Position numbers and translations under genes: made by a program | Shown: one piece after another, positions 11,321-24,289 of the stretch | Position numbering within the stretch: the first letter of the stretch is position 1 | Layout: the number at the start of each line of letters is the position of its first letter | Assembly (NCBI RefSeq): GCF_018977255.1 | Contig: NW_024704742.1 | Location: 97,590,001 to 97,654,000 of the forward strand | DNA length: 64,000 nucleotides | Source of the DNA: Callorhinchus milii | Lineage: Eukaryota | Direction: 5' to 3' | The notes under the pieces: generated by a model | Told to the model about the DNA's origin: nothing | The model's input: the letters and a program-made list of their open reading frames with translations, nothing else | Databases searched by the model: none

Positions 11321-14171
11321 TCTATTATGAAATCAGGTGGACTGAAGGGCCTTCTTCCAAACCCATCTTGTGATTATTTCACTGCGCCAAAGTATTACTA
11401 TTATAATCTGTTTGGTTTCAGTATCATGACTGACAATATTACATATTTGTTTGATATAAATGTAACTTCTTTTGCTAGTATATAATCCAACAATACTGTG
11501 TTTACAATGTACTCAACATGTGTATTAAAGCACAGCTTTCCTGCTTGCGGTCTCTCTCTCCTTCTTACACCCTGCTTACACCCCGGAGTTCAGCTCCAAG
11601 GCTACCCTGCTTACACTCTTCCCACCCCACCTCCAGGAGAATAAGATGTGGGGTTACGGATGCAAACTTGGGTGGGGGATATAGTTGCAAGGATAGGTCT
11701 GCAACACACCCCACTTAGATTCTCCTGTTCATTCTCTTCCTTGTTCACTTCTTTCTGGTTCTCAGGAATGTCAACAATAGTAACTTTTAAAAGGAGTTGG
11801 ACGAGTTTAAAATGAGCCTTCAACTCGAGCTCTCTGAATGGAAAATCGCAAATTGCAGAGAATATGATATGGAACTGGATACCCTCAGCACGCTAATCAA
11901 ACTGCTCCTACACATCATAGGTCCTGCAATCCAGGTGAAAGACCTTGTAAACAATATCTGGCAATGCTTTTATGAAATTGATTACATTGCTGTGTCCATA
12001 GTGTTATGCAAGGATTATTATATATACATATATTGTTTTTAAGCAGCAGTAAAACTATGTAACTGCTCAAAAGTATCGACTAGGCCCGAATTAAGTCTTG
12101 TGCAAAGCGGTGAAAAATTACCTGTAATTCACAAAGCAATGCAGCTCTCTGTAAACAGCTATATACTTGGCATTCAGCATCTGTGCTCAGTCAGTGATAG
12201 CAGTATTAGCAAATCTATGGCTCACTGAGGTTTCGTAGAGAATAAAGCTTCAAAGGTGTTGAAGCTTTACTGCCAAAATTCAGGATAGTGACATTTAAAA
12301 TCTAAGTCCCAGGAGAGCCATCTGTTATGAATAATGGATTATTCCTCCGCATAAACAAAGCAACCTCTTTGACTGTATTTGTTATCCTGTGGAACGTGAC
12401 CCAACTTCTTACAACTGTGTTTGCAAGTACCTTGAAGTGCTGAATGGAAACTAATATCAAACAGAGAAACAACAGAAGCATTATTTTTAGGAGTGTCTAG
12501 TGTAAAAATGCACAACGGGTTGAAAAATGTCTACATAATGGAATAGCGTCACACAAACTGCTTATGATAACTGGTGTAGAAGCGTTGCAATTCTTTTAAT
12601 TCTTTAAGGTAAGAAGACTGTGTCTTAAGGTTGCGGTGTTAAACTAATGACCTGAGTAGTCCAATAATATTAGATAAATACAGAGAGCACTGTTCACAAT
12701 CAAGGCAGGAAAACAACATACATTTTTATAGAATGTCAAACCACTTCACAGCTAATAGTATCAAGCATATGAGTTCAAACACAACAGCGATTTACACAAG
12801 TTAGAACTCATAAAAAGATGAGGATGAATGTTGGCCAGTAGACCGGGAGAAACCTCTTTTAGTGTCATGGAATCTTTAATGTCAACCTGACCTGAAAAAA
12901 AGTAATGATATCTCAATTTAATATCTCAGCCAAAAGGCAGGTACCTCGACAATACACGGTAGCCAGTTTGTACACAGCAGTGTCCCCACAAACAGCCATG
13001 AAGTGAATGGGTAACAAACTTGTTAGCCAGAACAGTGGGAAAAACTAATTTTTTCTTTTCGAATAGTGCCATGGAATCTTTAACATCCACTTAGGGCTTG
13101 AGCCAACAACCTTCTGATACAAAGTCAAGAACTCTACAACTGAGCTAGGCTGACACCTAATCATTGATAGATGGAAAGGGCATTTTATTTTAAGCTAATA
13201 ATTAACTTTAACCAAAACCAATTTAAAAGATTCACCGGTGAACTACTGCAAAAGCTTGGCCACTCAATATTTTTAATGATTACAATCTCACCAAGAAATG
13301 ATGCAACACTGAACATTTGACAAAGGGAAATAAGATGTTTGGTAGTTTAATGGAAAAATGCAACAAACTTCCTCATACACAATCACTTTCTGTAAATCAT
13401 GTGATTTACATCTTTCTGACATCAAATGCACAATATCAAATGCAATTTTTTTTAATCAGTTTAACAGGGGTCAGAGGAACATTATTCAAGGGGTCAATTG
13501 AAGGTTTCTTCATTCAGAGTATGTGCAAATCTTTACACGTGACTACTTCTCCTTTCTTCCTCCAAGAATATGACATTACGTGTATACTCAGTTGCTGTCC
13601 CAGGGCTGAGGTATAGCTAGGCCTGCTACATTTTCTTCTTGTGCTACATGAAGGAGGGCACCTGGCCTTGCTAGTTTTGATAAACTGAGATGGTGTCTGC
13701 AGTCAGTGATGTTTCTGGTGAATTAATAATAGTAAATAATAATACTTGCATTTTATATAGCGCTTTCCACGTCTTCTAGACGTCTCAAAGCACTTCACAG
13801 AATATACTGTAAAGTGAATTGATTGTATATTCTGTGGGCGAAATGCAACAGCCATTAGAGGGGAAGGAAGCTGTATGGGGAGTTTTGCTACAAATACACA
13901 GGGCTCGCTGGCTCTATTGCTATGCAGCAGACACTTCCTGTGCTAAAATATAAACTCAGTGACTTTTAGGTCCAGATGTCACTACCATGACTACCATACT
14001 AAACCTGTATTATAAAGAAGAACATGATAAGAAGGCTGCATTGTAACCAACAAGTATATTCGCACTTAAACTCAATAAAACATCCTTTGGATGAGACATT
14101 AAACTGAGGTCTTAGCTGGCCGTTAACGATCCTATGACACTATTTAAAGAAAAAGGGAGTGACCTAGCAGA

Positions 14172-14603
14172 AGGGACACTGCTGTACGCAATTGGCTGCT
14201 GTGTTTCGCCCACAAAATATACAGTCAATTCACCTTATAGTATATTCTTTGCAAGCGAGAGACCTGAGTTCAATTCCAGGCAGGGTGAAACTTTGGGCAA
14301 GTTTCCTTACTCCACACGCTTAATAATAATCCCTCCAAAACCAAAAACAATAATAAATTGGTCGTTTTCATTCTACGACTGTTTGTGGGACATTGCTGTG
14401 CGCAATTGGCTGCCGCGTTCGCCCACAAATATACAGTCAATTCACTTTACAGTGTGTTCTGTGAAGAGCTTTGGGATGTCCTCCTGACATGAAAAGCGCT
14501 ATATCAAATGCAAGGATTATTATTATTATTATTCTGTGAAGCGTTTTGAGACGTCTCGATGACTTGATAAGGAGCGATATCAAATGCAAGGATTATTATT
14601 ATT
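14172..14603 (+). mobile_element. tRNA-Deu-L2 SINE (5'-truncated, 14247-14533) apparently nested within the 3' half of an older copy
   Basis: Body fragment 14172-14247 resumes as a second tail at 14531-14603. Confidence 0.8.
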
Positions 14604-15037
14604 AAAATATCACTGTGCTCGGCAGTAAATCTTGTCAAGTGCTTTGAGACATCTTCTTAACCTGAAAGGTGCTTCTTCAATTGCAAGAATGATTATTATT
14701 ATTAGTGCTATATCCACTGTCTCCATTTATACAAAATGGTGGAGTGACACTAAAATTGGTTTTATTGAACATTGGCTAGGAAGGAAAAGTCTCTCTGCTC
14801 TTAATTATGACCCTACTGCTTTCCCATCTTGCACAGTTAAACAGCCCCAAGGCCTCCCTGTACAAGCTCACCCACCTGAAGGGCACGAGGTGAGGAGAGC
14901 TCCAGCATGGGCCCCCATACTTCAAGAGGAGGAAACCAGAGAAAGCTGGATAGAAAAAAAAATCCAAAAAACAAGCTCTAGACTGTAAAGTTCAAAGAAT
15001 AACAAACATATCTGGCAAAGAGTTTAAGATGGTAATT

Positions 15038-15387
15038 AATCTTCAGGGAAAAAGAGAGGGGCTGGGAGATGGGACACATGTGAACTGCCACCATAAACTC
15101 AGTGGGCTGGTTTACAGGAAACTAAATAAAAAAATAGGCAGTGCTACGCTGGGTTATTTTATATTTCTACGGTCTTCTGTGAAGTATTTTAGCAACAGTT
15201 GATCTTTAGGAGTAATTAATAAATAATCTTAGGGCGAAAGAGAGGGAATGGGTCACATGCAAACAGAACTTAAAACTTCCACTGTTAACACAGTGTGCTG
15301 TGGTACAGCAAACTAGATTAAAATAACCAGTGCTACCTCAGGTTATTTTCCATTTTTACTGCCTTCTGGAAATGTTTAGCAATAGTT
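15038..15387. repeat. Old tandem duplication, ~185-bp period, two diverged copies
   Basis: AATCTT..AGGG..AAAGAGAGGG..ATGGG.CACATG..AAACTA..CAGTGCTAC..GGTTATTTT..CTTCTG..TTTAGCAA.AGTT occurs twice. Confidence 0.75.
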
Positions 15388-17459
15388 ACAATTACAACTT
15401 TGCTTTAGGGCCCGTGTCAGAACCTTTGAGGGTTTATAAATAAGGCTGAGAGCCCTTTGAGAGCCGACTGGGGTTGATATTTTTACTGTCTTTTAATACA
15501 GAGAACTTGCTATACGTGCTTATACTGAAGAATGTCAAAAGCTTTACATTGTGATAAATAGATGCTGTAACTAATGTTGATGACTGGTTTATTGGATGGA
15601 ATAAAAGTAAAGAGGCCTCCTTAGAATGTCTGTTGAGTTTCCTGGTTTGCTGTTTCTCCTCTTAAACATCTGCTGTTTCTCCTCTTAAACATCTTTGTGT
15701 ACATTGCTCCAGTGGAGTTACTTTCTTCTTTATCTCTTCTGTCTAATGTGATGAAACATTCTGTTTCGCAGCAATGACTCATTCAAACAACCAACAATCT
15801 TTTTTTGAAAAATCCCGAGAACATTTAATAATTATCCTTCCATCTTTCACGTCTCAAAGCATGTCACAGGATTTAATGAGTCATGTAGTGACCTTGTAGG
15901 AATTGACGTTCAGAACTGAACTCTCTTTGCAAAAATTAGTCTATTCGGAACAAGATGCAACAGCAAGGAAATGTTGGACAACGTTTCCTCTCTTGCACTG
16001 GATTTAAATCATTCTTCAGAAACAAGAGAACTTAGAAGGGGAAAAATATCAAAGACCTGGAGATATACCACCAGAGACAGATTAGTGAATATGAGAAGGA
16101 CATTGGTGTAGATTGTTGAAGTTCACTCAGTGTAACCCTAGGAAATATTCCTTCCACTTTTTCTTGGGATGATGGTGACTTCATTGTCCATCCCTTATTA
16201 CCCTGAGAGGTGGGGTAGGCCTTCTATTTAAACTGCTGCAGTCCCTGTGGTGACAGTGCTCTGACGATAATAATAATAATCCTTGCATTTATATAGCGTC
16301 TTATCGTGTCGCTGAGACATCTCAAAACTCTTAACTTCTCTTCAACCGTGCCTTCAGCTCCCCTCTCGACTCTCTACACCCTCCTCGCTCCCTCCTTTCC
16401 CTCCCCTCACCCTGACCATTTCCCCCCTGCTCGGGTCCCAATCCAACTGTCCAGCGCCTTGGGACGTCCTCCCAACGTGAAAGGCGCTCTATAAATTAAA
16501 TCTTGTTGTTGTTAACAGAATATATTGTATTGGATAGGAAATTGCACTTTACCAGAGCCAATACTAGTCTGTACTAGTATAAGGCCAGGAAACTACTTAT
16601 GCATTTTCCACACTAAACTAGACTTCTATCCTCAGGATTCAGAAAGCGATAGGACATGGATTAATTCCTACCAGTTCTCAAACAACAAGTTCCAATTTCA
16701 AAGAGGTCATCGGGGAAGAGGATTCTGACTCTTTTTGAGACCTATCCATTACTGTAAAACCATTGTACATATGATAGTGCACAATGGAGACTTTCATGCA
16801 GGGTAGACGAGCAGTGCAAAGTTGTCCAAAGTAACCTATAAGGTGGTTGAAAACAAAACCTGTGCTAAAGTTCAGTTTATGGACCTAGTTTTCGGAAATT
16901 GTAGAAGATTGAGCTAACACCAGTAATAGTTAAATTGATAAGACTATATGTTAGATTTCTGCTGGTATGAATGATTCCTCTAAAACTGAAAATTTAATTT
17001 ACACCTGGAGGCTAAAATGTGCTAATCCTTAAAGTACAGGAGCCATCTCTCTATTTCAATGATTGTTGCTATATTGCAGAAGCTTTGGGGTCACAGGAAA
17101 ATAGCCCCTTTTTTAAACCTCGGTTCCAACAGTGACTTGCAGTCAAAGGAAAGGGGAAAATTTAGGCTGCGGCTGACACTATTCCTCACAAGAGACGTTA
17201 GAAGAAGATAGTCCTTCAACCAATTTGAACTCATCCTTTCAGGACACACACCCTATCATCATCCCATTACAGTATGCAGCTAAGTATTGACCTCAACAAA
17301 CCATCCTGGAAACCATATTCAAGGATCAATAACTCGCTGTGTAAAGAAACACTTTGGGGGATCCTAAAGGTGCCCTTTGTAAACCTGAACCGAGGAGCTC
17401 CTGTTTTGCTGCCTTGGTGTATCTGAAATATGGCTTCCCACAGTCAATTTGGGACGTCA

Positions 17460-17688
17460 CAACAACAACAACAACAAGATTCCATTTATAAAGCGCCTTT
17501 CACGTCAGGAGGACGTCCCAAGGCGCTGCACATTTGGGTCATGACCCGAGCAGGGGGGAAATGGTCAGGGTGAGGGAAGGGAGGGAGCGAGGAGGGGGGA
17601 AATGGTCAGGGTGAGGGGAGGGAAGGAAGGGAGCGAGGAGGGGGAAGAGAGTCGAGAGGGGAGCTGAAGGCTCGGTCAAAGAGAAAAG
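17460..17688 (-). mobile_element. Short young L2 3'-end insertion; closely related copies at 32271-32515 (+), 57866-58094 (-), 16335-16513 (+), 47662-47803 (-)
   Basis: Shared CCCTGACCATTTCCCCC unit, stem-loop AGCGCCTT..AAGGCGCT and (TTG)n tail. Confidence 0.85.
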
Positions 17689-17796
17689 TCACCTCCTTCT
17701 GAAGCCTTACGGGTTATTATTTCTTCAAATAAATGCAAGCAGGACAGCTAACAATAATCTTTCATTTGATATAGCACCTTATCATGTCTTTGAGGC

Positions 17797-18672
17797 AGAG
17801 TCGGGTGAGCGGAGGGAACGCGCGGGTTGGTAGGGGGTTAGGAGGTCGCAGAGGTAGGGTGGGGCGAGGTCATGGAGGGCTTTGTATGTGAGGACCAGGA
17901 TCTTGAACTGGATCCTCTGAAGGATAGAGAGCCAATGGAGTCGGGCGAGAGTGGGGGAGATGGGATCACGGAGTTTGGTGCGGGAGAGGACACGGGCTGC
18001 AGAGTTCTGGATTATCTGCAGCCTGTGGAGGGAGGAAATGGGAAGGCCGACAAGCAGGACGTTTGCATAGTCGAGCCTGGAGGTGATGAAGGCATGAACA
18101 AGAGTTTCAGTGGCCTGAGGGGTGAGGTAGTGGTGGAGTTGGGCGATGTTACGGAGGTGAGGGAAGGCAGAGCAGGTCATATCTTGAATGTGGGGGAGAA
18201 GACAGTTGAGGGTCGAACAAGACACCGAGGTTCCTGACTGGCTGGTGAGTTGTAGTGTGCAACCATGGAGGTTAATGCTGCCAGAGCCTGAGGTGCTGAG
18301 GCGCTGGCGCGAGCCAATCAGGAGGGCCTCAGTCTTGTTCACATTCAACTGTAGGAAATTTGCCCTCATCCAGGACTTGATGTCCGACCGGCAGTCTGTC
18401 AGGACAGCAGTGGTCCTGGAGTTGAGGGTGGAAGCAGAAAGATAGAGTTGGGTGTCATCCGCATACATGTAGAAGTTGACCCCCATGTCTGTGGATGATG
18501 TCACCGAGGGGGAGCATGTAGATATTAAAGAGGAGAGGGCCAAGGACAGAGCCCTGGAGGACGCCAGATGTGACAGTGCGGGGGCTGGAGGAGAAACCGT
18601 TAGAGGCAACAAAGTGGAGACGGTGAGAGAGATAAGAATCAAACCAGGCAAGGGTAGTTCCTTGAAGATTGA
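17797..18672 (-). mobile_element. L2 LINE reverse-transcriptase fragment (frameshifted)
   Basis: [58 protein letters not shown]; nearly identical to 30835-31695. Confidence 0.92.
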
Positions 18673-19224
18673 GTAAAGCATACAAGTCATACAACTGTGT
18701 TTTTTGGGTTCAGGTTGTTGTTTTATCAAATGCTTAGGGGTTGCAGTATGTTTCAGCTCAGGCTTAGGTGATTATTATTTTTATGATTTATTCTCATATG
18801 TAATTCTCATATGTAAAACAGTAGGATTATGGTATGTGTCTTTATGATCTTAAACTTGATCCATTATATGAGGGGAGGGAGGGAGTTAGTTAGGTTCCAT
18901 TTTTAGATTAAATTAGAAAAGTTATTTAGATTTTATCTGTAGAAAAATGTTTCCTGCTTTACAGTACTTTATATTTGGTACAGCACCTCAGGATAGTACG
19001 TCAGGAGGATATGTAGTGTAATATGTGGTGACTGTAGGCAAACACACAAGCCAACTTGCCCAAAGTAATGTCCCACAAACTGCCATGAAGTGAAAGACTA
19101 CTTTTATTTGCCCACAATCCCACAAATAGTTTAATCCACTTCATGGCTAATTATGGTGCACACAACCCCTGCTTAAACTGTGGGAAAAAAACTGCCTGTG
19201 TTTTTTGGTCAACCGGGTGTCTGA

Positions 19225-19530
19225 CACATATGGAAACCCATCACCATACTTAAGAGTATCCAAACCAAACTAACAATTCCATGCATCCCACCTAAACATG
19301 GAAATTCAGGAGGTAGATTGCTGGAATGGACTGTTCACTCTCTCCCTGGAGGGACGCATCCTGCTTACCAATTCCGGAAAGAATTAGACACAGGTTGGCA
19401 AGAGCCAAAGCTTGGAGACCCAGAGAGTGTGTGTTGGGGTACAATTGGAGTCTAACTAGCTAAAACCGAATAGTTGCTATTGATAGCACTGCCTGGCAAA
19501 CTTTCCCACTGCTTGTCCAGCTAGGATGTC
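19225..19530 (+). mobile_element. Unclassified ~300-bp interspersed repeat; copies near 385-500, 23985-24165 (-), 42990-43258, 47925-48185
   Basis: Shared CTTAAGAGTATCCAAAC..CATGGAAATT..CTCTCTCCCTGGAGG..GCAAGAGCCAAGGCTTGG..CCAGCTAAAA motif chain. Confidence 0.75.
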
Positions 19531-20405
19531 GCGATAAGGCACCTACCAATTGCAAGGATTATTATGTCACTTAAGACTGGGCTTGCTTTGAAGCTGGTTT
19601 TAATTCAGGTTTAATGCCCATTCATACTGTCTTAGTGTCCAAAGGTGCTCCATATCCTCCTTGTCGACTTTCAATCAGCGTCTTTGTAATGCAGCACTGG
19701 AGCACAGCCAAAGAGCATGATGATTGTTTGAATGTACAACATGTAATTTGTTCTTTTGGTTGCATACAGTCCACACAATTTGAATGATGGGGTCATCCAA
19801 ACACTTGCATCATGCAGCCTTTCTAACACTGTTGGCAGCTTCAGGCCTATAGAATGAAGGCAGGGCTGACAGCTCGCAAAGGTCACCAGTCACACAGTTA
19901 GACAGCCTGCCAGAATCACAGAATCCAGTACAGGGTTTTTATCAAGCTTGTTCTTGCCCTGTTCCTTCCAGTGGGAAACTGGTTCGTTCATGATAACAGA
20001 TTTTCATTTACTGGAAACTGGCAAATTTGTTTCAGTGCTTGGTGCCATGTCCTTCTTTCCCCCAACTGTATGCTAACAATTTAGTATAGAGTCTAATTTT
20101 TAGAATGCATATTAAACTTTGTTGAATAAAAATGTAGCATAGCAAATTGTTAGTTACATCCTATGATTGAAGTCTTATTATTGTTTGCAACAAAGGGAAA
20201 GAGACAATGGCTTACATTGATGGGAAAGTGGTCACAGGCATTGTATTATTTAGCCGACTATGCAAACCCAGTAAATGAGAGTGGAGTTTTATTTTAAAAC
20301 AAAGTTTTAGTCGTAGACAGTGACAACCAAATTATCCTGTTAATCAAGTATTCCTTTTTTAGTGGGAAATGTGAGCAAAACCATTGCTCCATACAATTCC
20401 CATCT

Positions 20406-20718
20406 GTGGAGTCCTGTAGCTCAGTGGTTAGAGCACTCGCTTTGCAAGCGAGAGACCTGAGTTCAATTCCAAGCAGGGCGAAACCTTGGGCAAGTTTCCT
20501 TACTCCACACGCCTAATAATAATCCCTCCAAAACCCAAAACAATAATAAATTGGTCATTTTCAATCTACGACTGTTTGTGGGACATTGCTGTGCGCAATT
20601 GGCTACCGCGTTCGCCCACAAAGATAGTCAATTCACTTCACAGTGTGTTCTGTGAAGCGCTTTGGGACGTCCTCCCGATGTGAAAAGCGCTATATCAAAA
20701 TGCAAGGATTATTATTAT
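20406..20718 (+). mobile_element. Full-length tRNA(Ala-TGC-like)-head / Deu-domain-like / L2-tail SINE
   Basis: A box TAGCTCAGTGG, anticodon arm CTCGC-TTTGCAA-GCGAG, B box GAGTTCAATTC. Central TTTGTGGGACATTGCTGTGCGCAATTGGCT resembles the DeuSINE core. 3' stem-loop shared with L2, and an (ATT)n tail. Confidence 0.92.
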
Positions 20719-22246
20719 CTGTTACTCTGTGTCAGCCATAAATCTTACTTACATGATCAGAGTATTCATTTCATTATCAGGTTGAATGAGCGATGGGTAG
20801 GGCCCCAAAAGTGAAAAGCCTGATCTTGCAATCTTTCCAACACATTCTGGATGCATTTGACAAATCTAGTTAGTATCATCAGAGCTGACATTACTGAGCA
20901 TTTACATTGAATTAGTTGGTAAGTAGTAACATTAATTGGTTTGTGTACTACAGCATAAATTATAGAAGCAGTATTCCAACTGACGAGAAGCTAAATTGTG
21001 GATTAAATTTTTTGCAAGAATGGGCAGCAACATGTTGTAAAGGCTTTCAGAAGATATCTGCATGCTATGTGCTCACATTTCGAGCAATCTGATCACATTC
21101 TAGGATCTTAAACTGTGTTCAGGAAACGTGATAATCTTAAAATACTGCTTAGTGATCTTCCACTATTTCCTCCTCTCTCTCATACACAAACCCAATTGGA
21201 AAACACCCACTTCCTTTCCCCATTAAAGAGTTGTGCAAAATACAGTTTCAGATTCAGTTAATATCCTGCATGTATTTACACTAACCTACTTATCAGAAAA
21301 TGAGCAAAAAGGTTACATATTAAACACAAATTCTGAATGCAATCAGAATTTATCACATTTATACTGCAGGAAGTTTTTCATTGTTGCTTTCACAGCAGTA
21401 GAGCAGTTGGAGAAGGCAACCTTACTTCTCAACCAAGAGTCTAAAACTTATCACCTGCACAAAACTCTGCTGCCCCAACTTTTGAAAGAAATATTGCCCA
21501 ACTTGCACTTTAGTAGGTAACATTAAAACCTGTTCCTTAAATGTTCATTGGACTTTTAAGAGGACATTTCTGTTTATACTGCAAGTTACTGCTCTGCCTA
21601 AATAATCTACACCATGGTCTCTGCAGTCAGGATCCAGCGCAGATCATTTTGTATGCTTAATCCCCCACCTCCATTGGTCAACAAATATATGAAAAAACAC
21701 CCCTAGGGATTTAAATTCAGGAACATATTGTACAACAACAATTTTATACTTATTTAGCATTTTTCACATCGAGAGTGTTCAAAGTGTTGCCACCGCTGTA
21801 CGGCTGCCCACAAAAGTGCATACAACAAAAGCAGTGTTCTGTCCAAGGAATCCCCTGAAGACCCATAGAAATCTACAACATAGGAAACAGCCATTCAGCC
21901 CTGCTCTCTGCTGCCTCTTTGAAAGAGCAACCCATTCAGTAACCTGTCTTTTCTGCAAATTACTCGTTTTTGGATAAGATATCGATAACAATAAACATCA
22001 ATAACTTGCATTTGTATAGTGTCCTACACGCAGGTAGCGTCTCAGACAGAGGATGTCATTCGTAACCTTGACAAGTGATGTGAGCAAAGCACACCATGAA
22101 GCCGACTGGTGTTTGAGTGGCAACAATGCATTCCAGGACTTTAGAAAGTAAGGGCAGGTAGTTAGTGACAGACTGACAGATCAAGGCATTTATTTTTTTG
22201 GTGGGTGGGGGGTAAAGAGGGATGTAGGCAATAGTCTTGACAGGAA

Positions 22247-22388
22247 GCCAGAGGAGAGAAACAGGTTGGCCACAATGCCAGAGGAGAGAAACAGGTTGGC
22301 CACAATGCCAGAGGAGAGAAACAGGTTGGCCACAATGCCAGAGGAGAGAAACAGGTTGGCCACAATGCCAGAGGAGAGAAACAGGTTG
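22247..22388. repeat. Perfect 30-bp minisatellite (GCCAGAGGAGAGAAACAGGTTGGCCACAAT) x ~4.7
   Basis: Directly visible; gives a 10-aa periodicity in the ORF track. Confidence 0.95.
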
Positions 22389-23149
22389 ACTATGTCCATC
22401 AGTGGGGGGGAGAGGAGCAGTAATTGGAGGGTGAGCAGGTCGATGGAGCAGGTGGTAGACAATTATAATCCTTGCATTTGCAATAGCACCTGATCAGGTC
22501 AGAAGGATGTCTCAAAGCACTTCACAGGATTTACTGTGAAACGGAGGACTGTGTATTTGTAGGCAAATTAGTAGATTGATCTGTTTGATGAGGGCTGAGA
22601 CCCGAGGTAGAAATGTGGCCAAAGGATCAATTGCTTCAACTGATCATCAACAGCATTGAAGGCATTTGTTTGTTTATCAGGACCTCCTTAACTTTGGCTC
22701 TGACTTTTATCAACCTGGTTGCTACCCTTGGTGTTCTTGACTCCCAGCTTCTGTGGAAACTCACTATTTTCCATCTTTGAGGCATAGTCCGCTTGTGTCC
22801 TATCTCACCCTCTCCACAACTGCATTCCTCACCCATATCTTTCTCCCCTCAAGGATAGGTTTCCAATGCTCTTGTCTCTATCTTCCTTAGCATTTCTTCC
22901 ACAAGCTGCAACTCATTCAAAACTGCACCCAATAATATCTCATCCACCACTTCATCAAGTCCAAGGTTGACTATTCCAATACTTCATTTGCTGGACTCCC
23001 CATTTCCCCCCCACACAAGCTGTAGACTATTCAGAGATCATCAGCCCCTGTCCATTTCTCCAACAGGTTCCACAAGCCCATCAACCCCATTCACACTTGG
23101 CTCCCAATCCCTCAGTGGATCGAATTCAACATGTAGAAATGGAAAACAT

Positions 23150-23465
23150 AATAAGGAATAGTTAGCACGGATTTCAAAAAGGAAGGTCATGCTTGACCAA
23201 ATTCATTGAATTCGTTGAAGGGGTAACAGAAAGAGTAGACAAGGGTAATGCGGTAGATGTAATATGTTTTGATTTCCAAAAGGTGTTCAACAAGGTACCA
23301 CGTAATAGACTAATAAATAAGGTCAGAGCATGTGGAATCTGGGGAAAAATAGCAGAATGGATAGCAAGCTGGCTGCAAAACAGAAAACAGAGAGTAGGGG
23401 TAAAAGGTAACTACTCAGACTGGCAGTGGGTGGGCAGTTGTGCCCCACAAGGATCGGTATTGAGA
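23150..23465 (+). mobile_element. CR1 RT fragment, followed by an L2 3' end on the minus strand (23466-23680)
   Basis: [33 protein letters not shown]. Confidence 0.85.
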
Positions 23466-24289
23466 CAACAACAACAAACATTACATTTGTATAGGGCCTT
23501 TCATGTCAGGAGGACGTCCCAAGGTGCTGGACAGTAAGGGATCCGCACCCGAGCCAGTGGTTGGGAACAGGAGGGGTGGAGGTGAGGGGTAGGAGGGTGA
23601 TCAAAGACACGGTCAAAGAGGAGGGTCTTGAAGGATGCCAGGGAGGCGATGAGGCAGAGGTACTGTCGGATGGAATTCCAGTCTATACCCTGAGATATAC
23701 ATGGCCGGTCTTCATAGTCCATTTCACGAGTCAGTAGTTCCGCAGGACTCCAGCACCCACTAATACACACCGGCCAGCCTGGCTCATCTCATTTCAATTG
23801 GGAGCAGTGGTTGAGGCAACAATTTGCATTTGTATCGTGCCCTTTACACAGTGTAGCGTCTCGCGAATTTAGTATATAGCACCCTTTGGGATAGTCTCAG
23901 ATCGCAAAACAATGCAACTGGCATGAATTCTTCCCACTTGGAAGAACTCCTGTGAACCCTGTAAGCCAGAGCTCCTAACAGAGTGGTCCTAGCTGGACAA
24001 GCAGCGGGAAAGCTTGCCAGTCAGTGCTGTATGGCTTTAGCTGGTTAAACATCCAATAGACTTCAGGGAGAGAGTGCACATTCCATTCCTGACACAGAGA
24101 AATGTCCTCGCGTAGGTGGCATACATGTGTGGAACTCTTCACCCGGTTTGAACACTCTTAAGTACTCTTCAACAGTGATGGGTTTCTGTGAGTGTCAAGC
24201 CAAGAATCCAGGTTAGATTACTTTTGAGAATTGACAGGATAAGATCCATAAAAAATGAAAGTTGCTTCTTCTTTGCAATCACACAGTCT

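Noticed and set aside
15648..15693. 23-bp exact tandem duplication, plus microsatellites such as (GA)n at 41458-41483 and (AAT)n at 42676-42717
   Set aside because: Ordinary slippage products or SINE tails.
17782..18729. 315-aa RT-like ORF, and similar ORFs at 25008-25898 and 57314-57895, as functional genes
   Set aside because: Frameshifted, truncated L2 fragments; no intact ORF2 in the window.
20406..20480. tRNA-Ala(TGC)-like gene, and the equivalent heads of other copies
   Set aside because: No proper acceptor stem or terminator, and it is always fused to the SINE body; it is a SINE head.
22247..22388. CRISPR-like 30-bp repeats
   Set aside because: Head-to-tail units without spacers, eukaryotic context, no cas genes.
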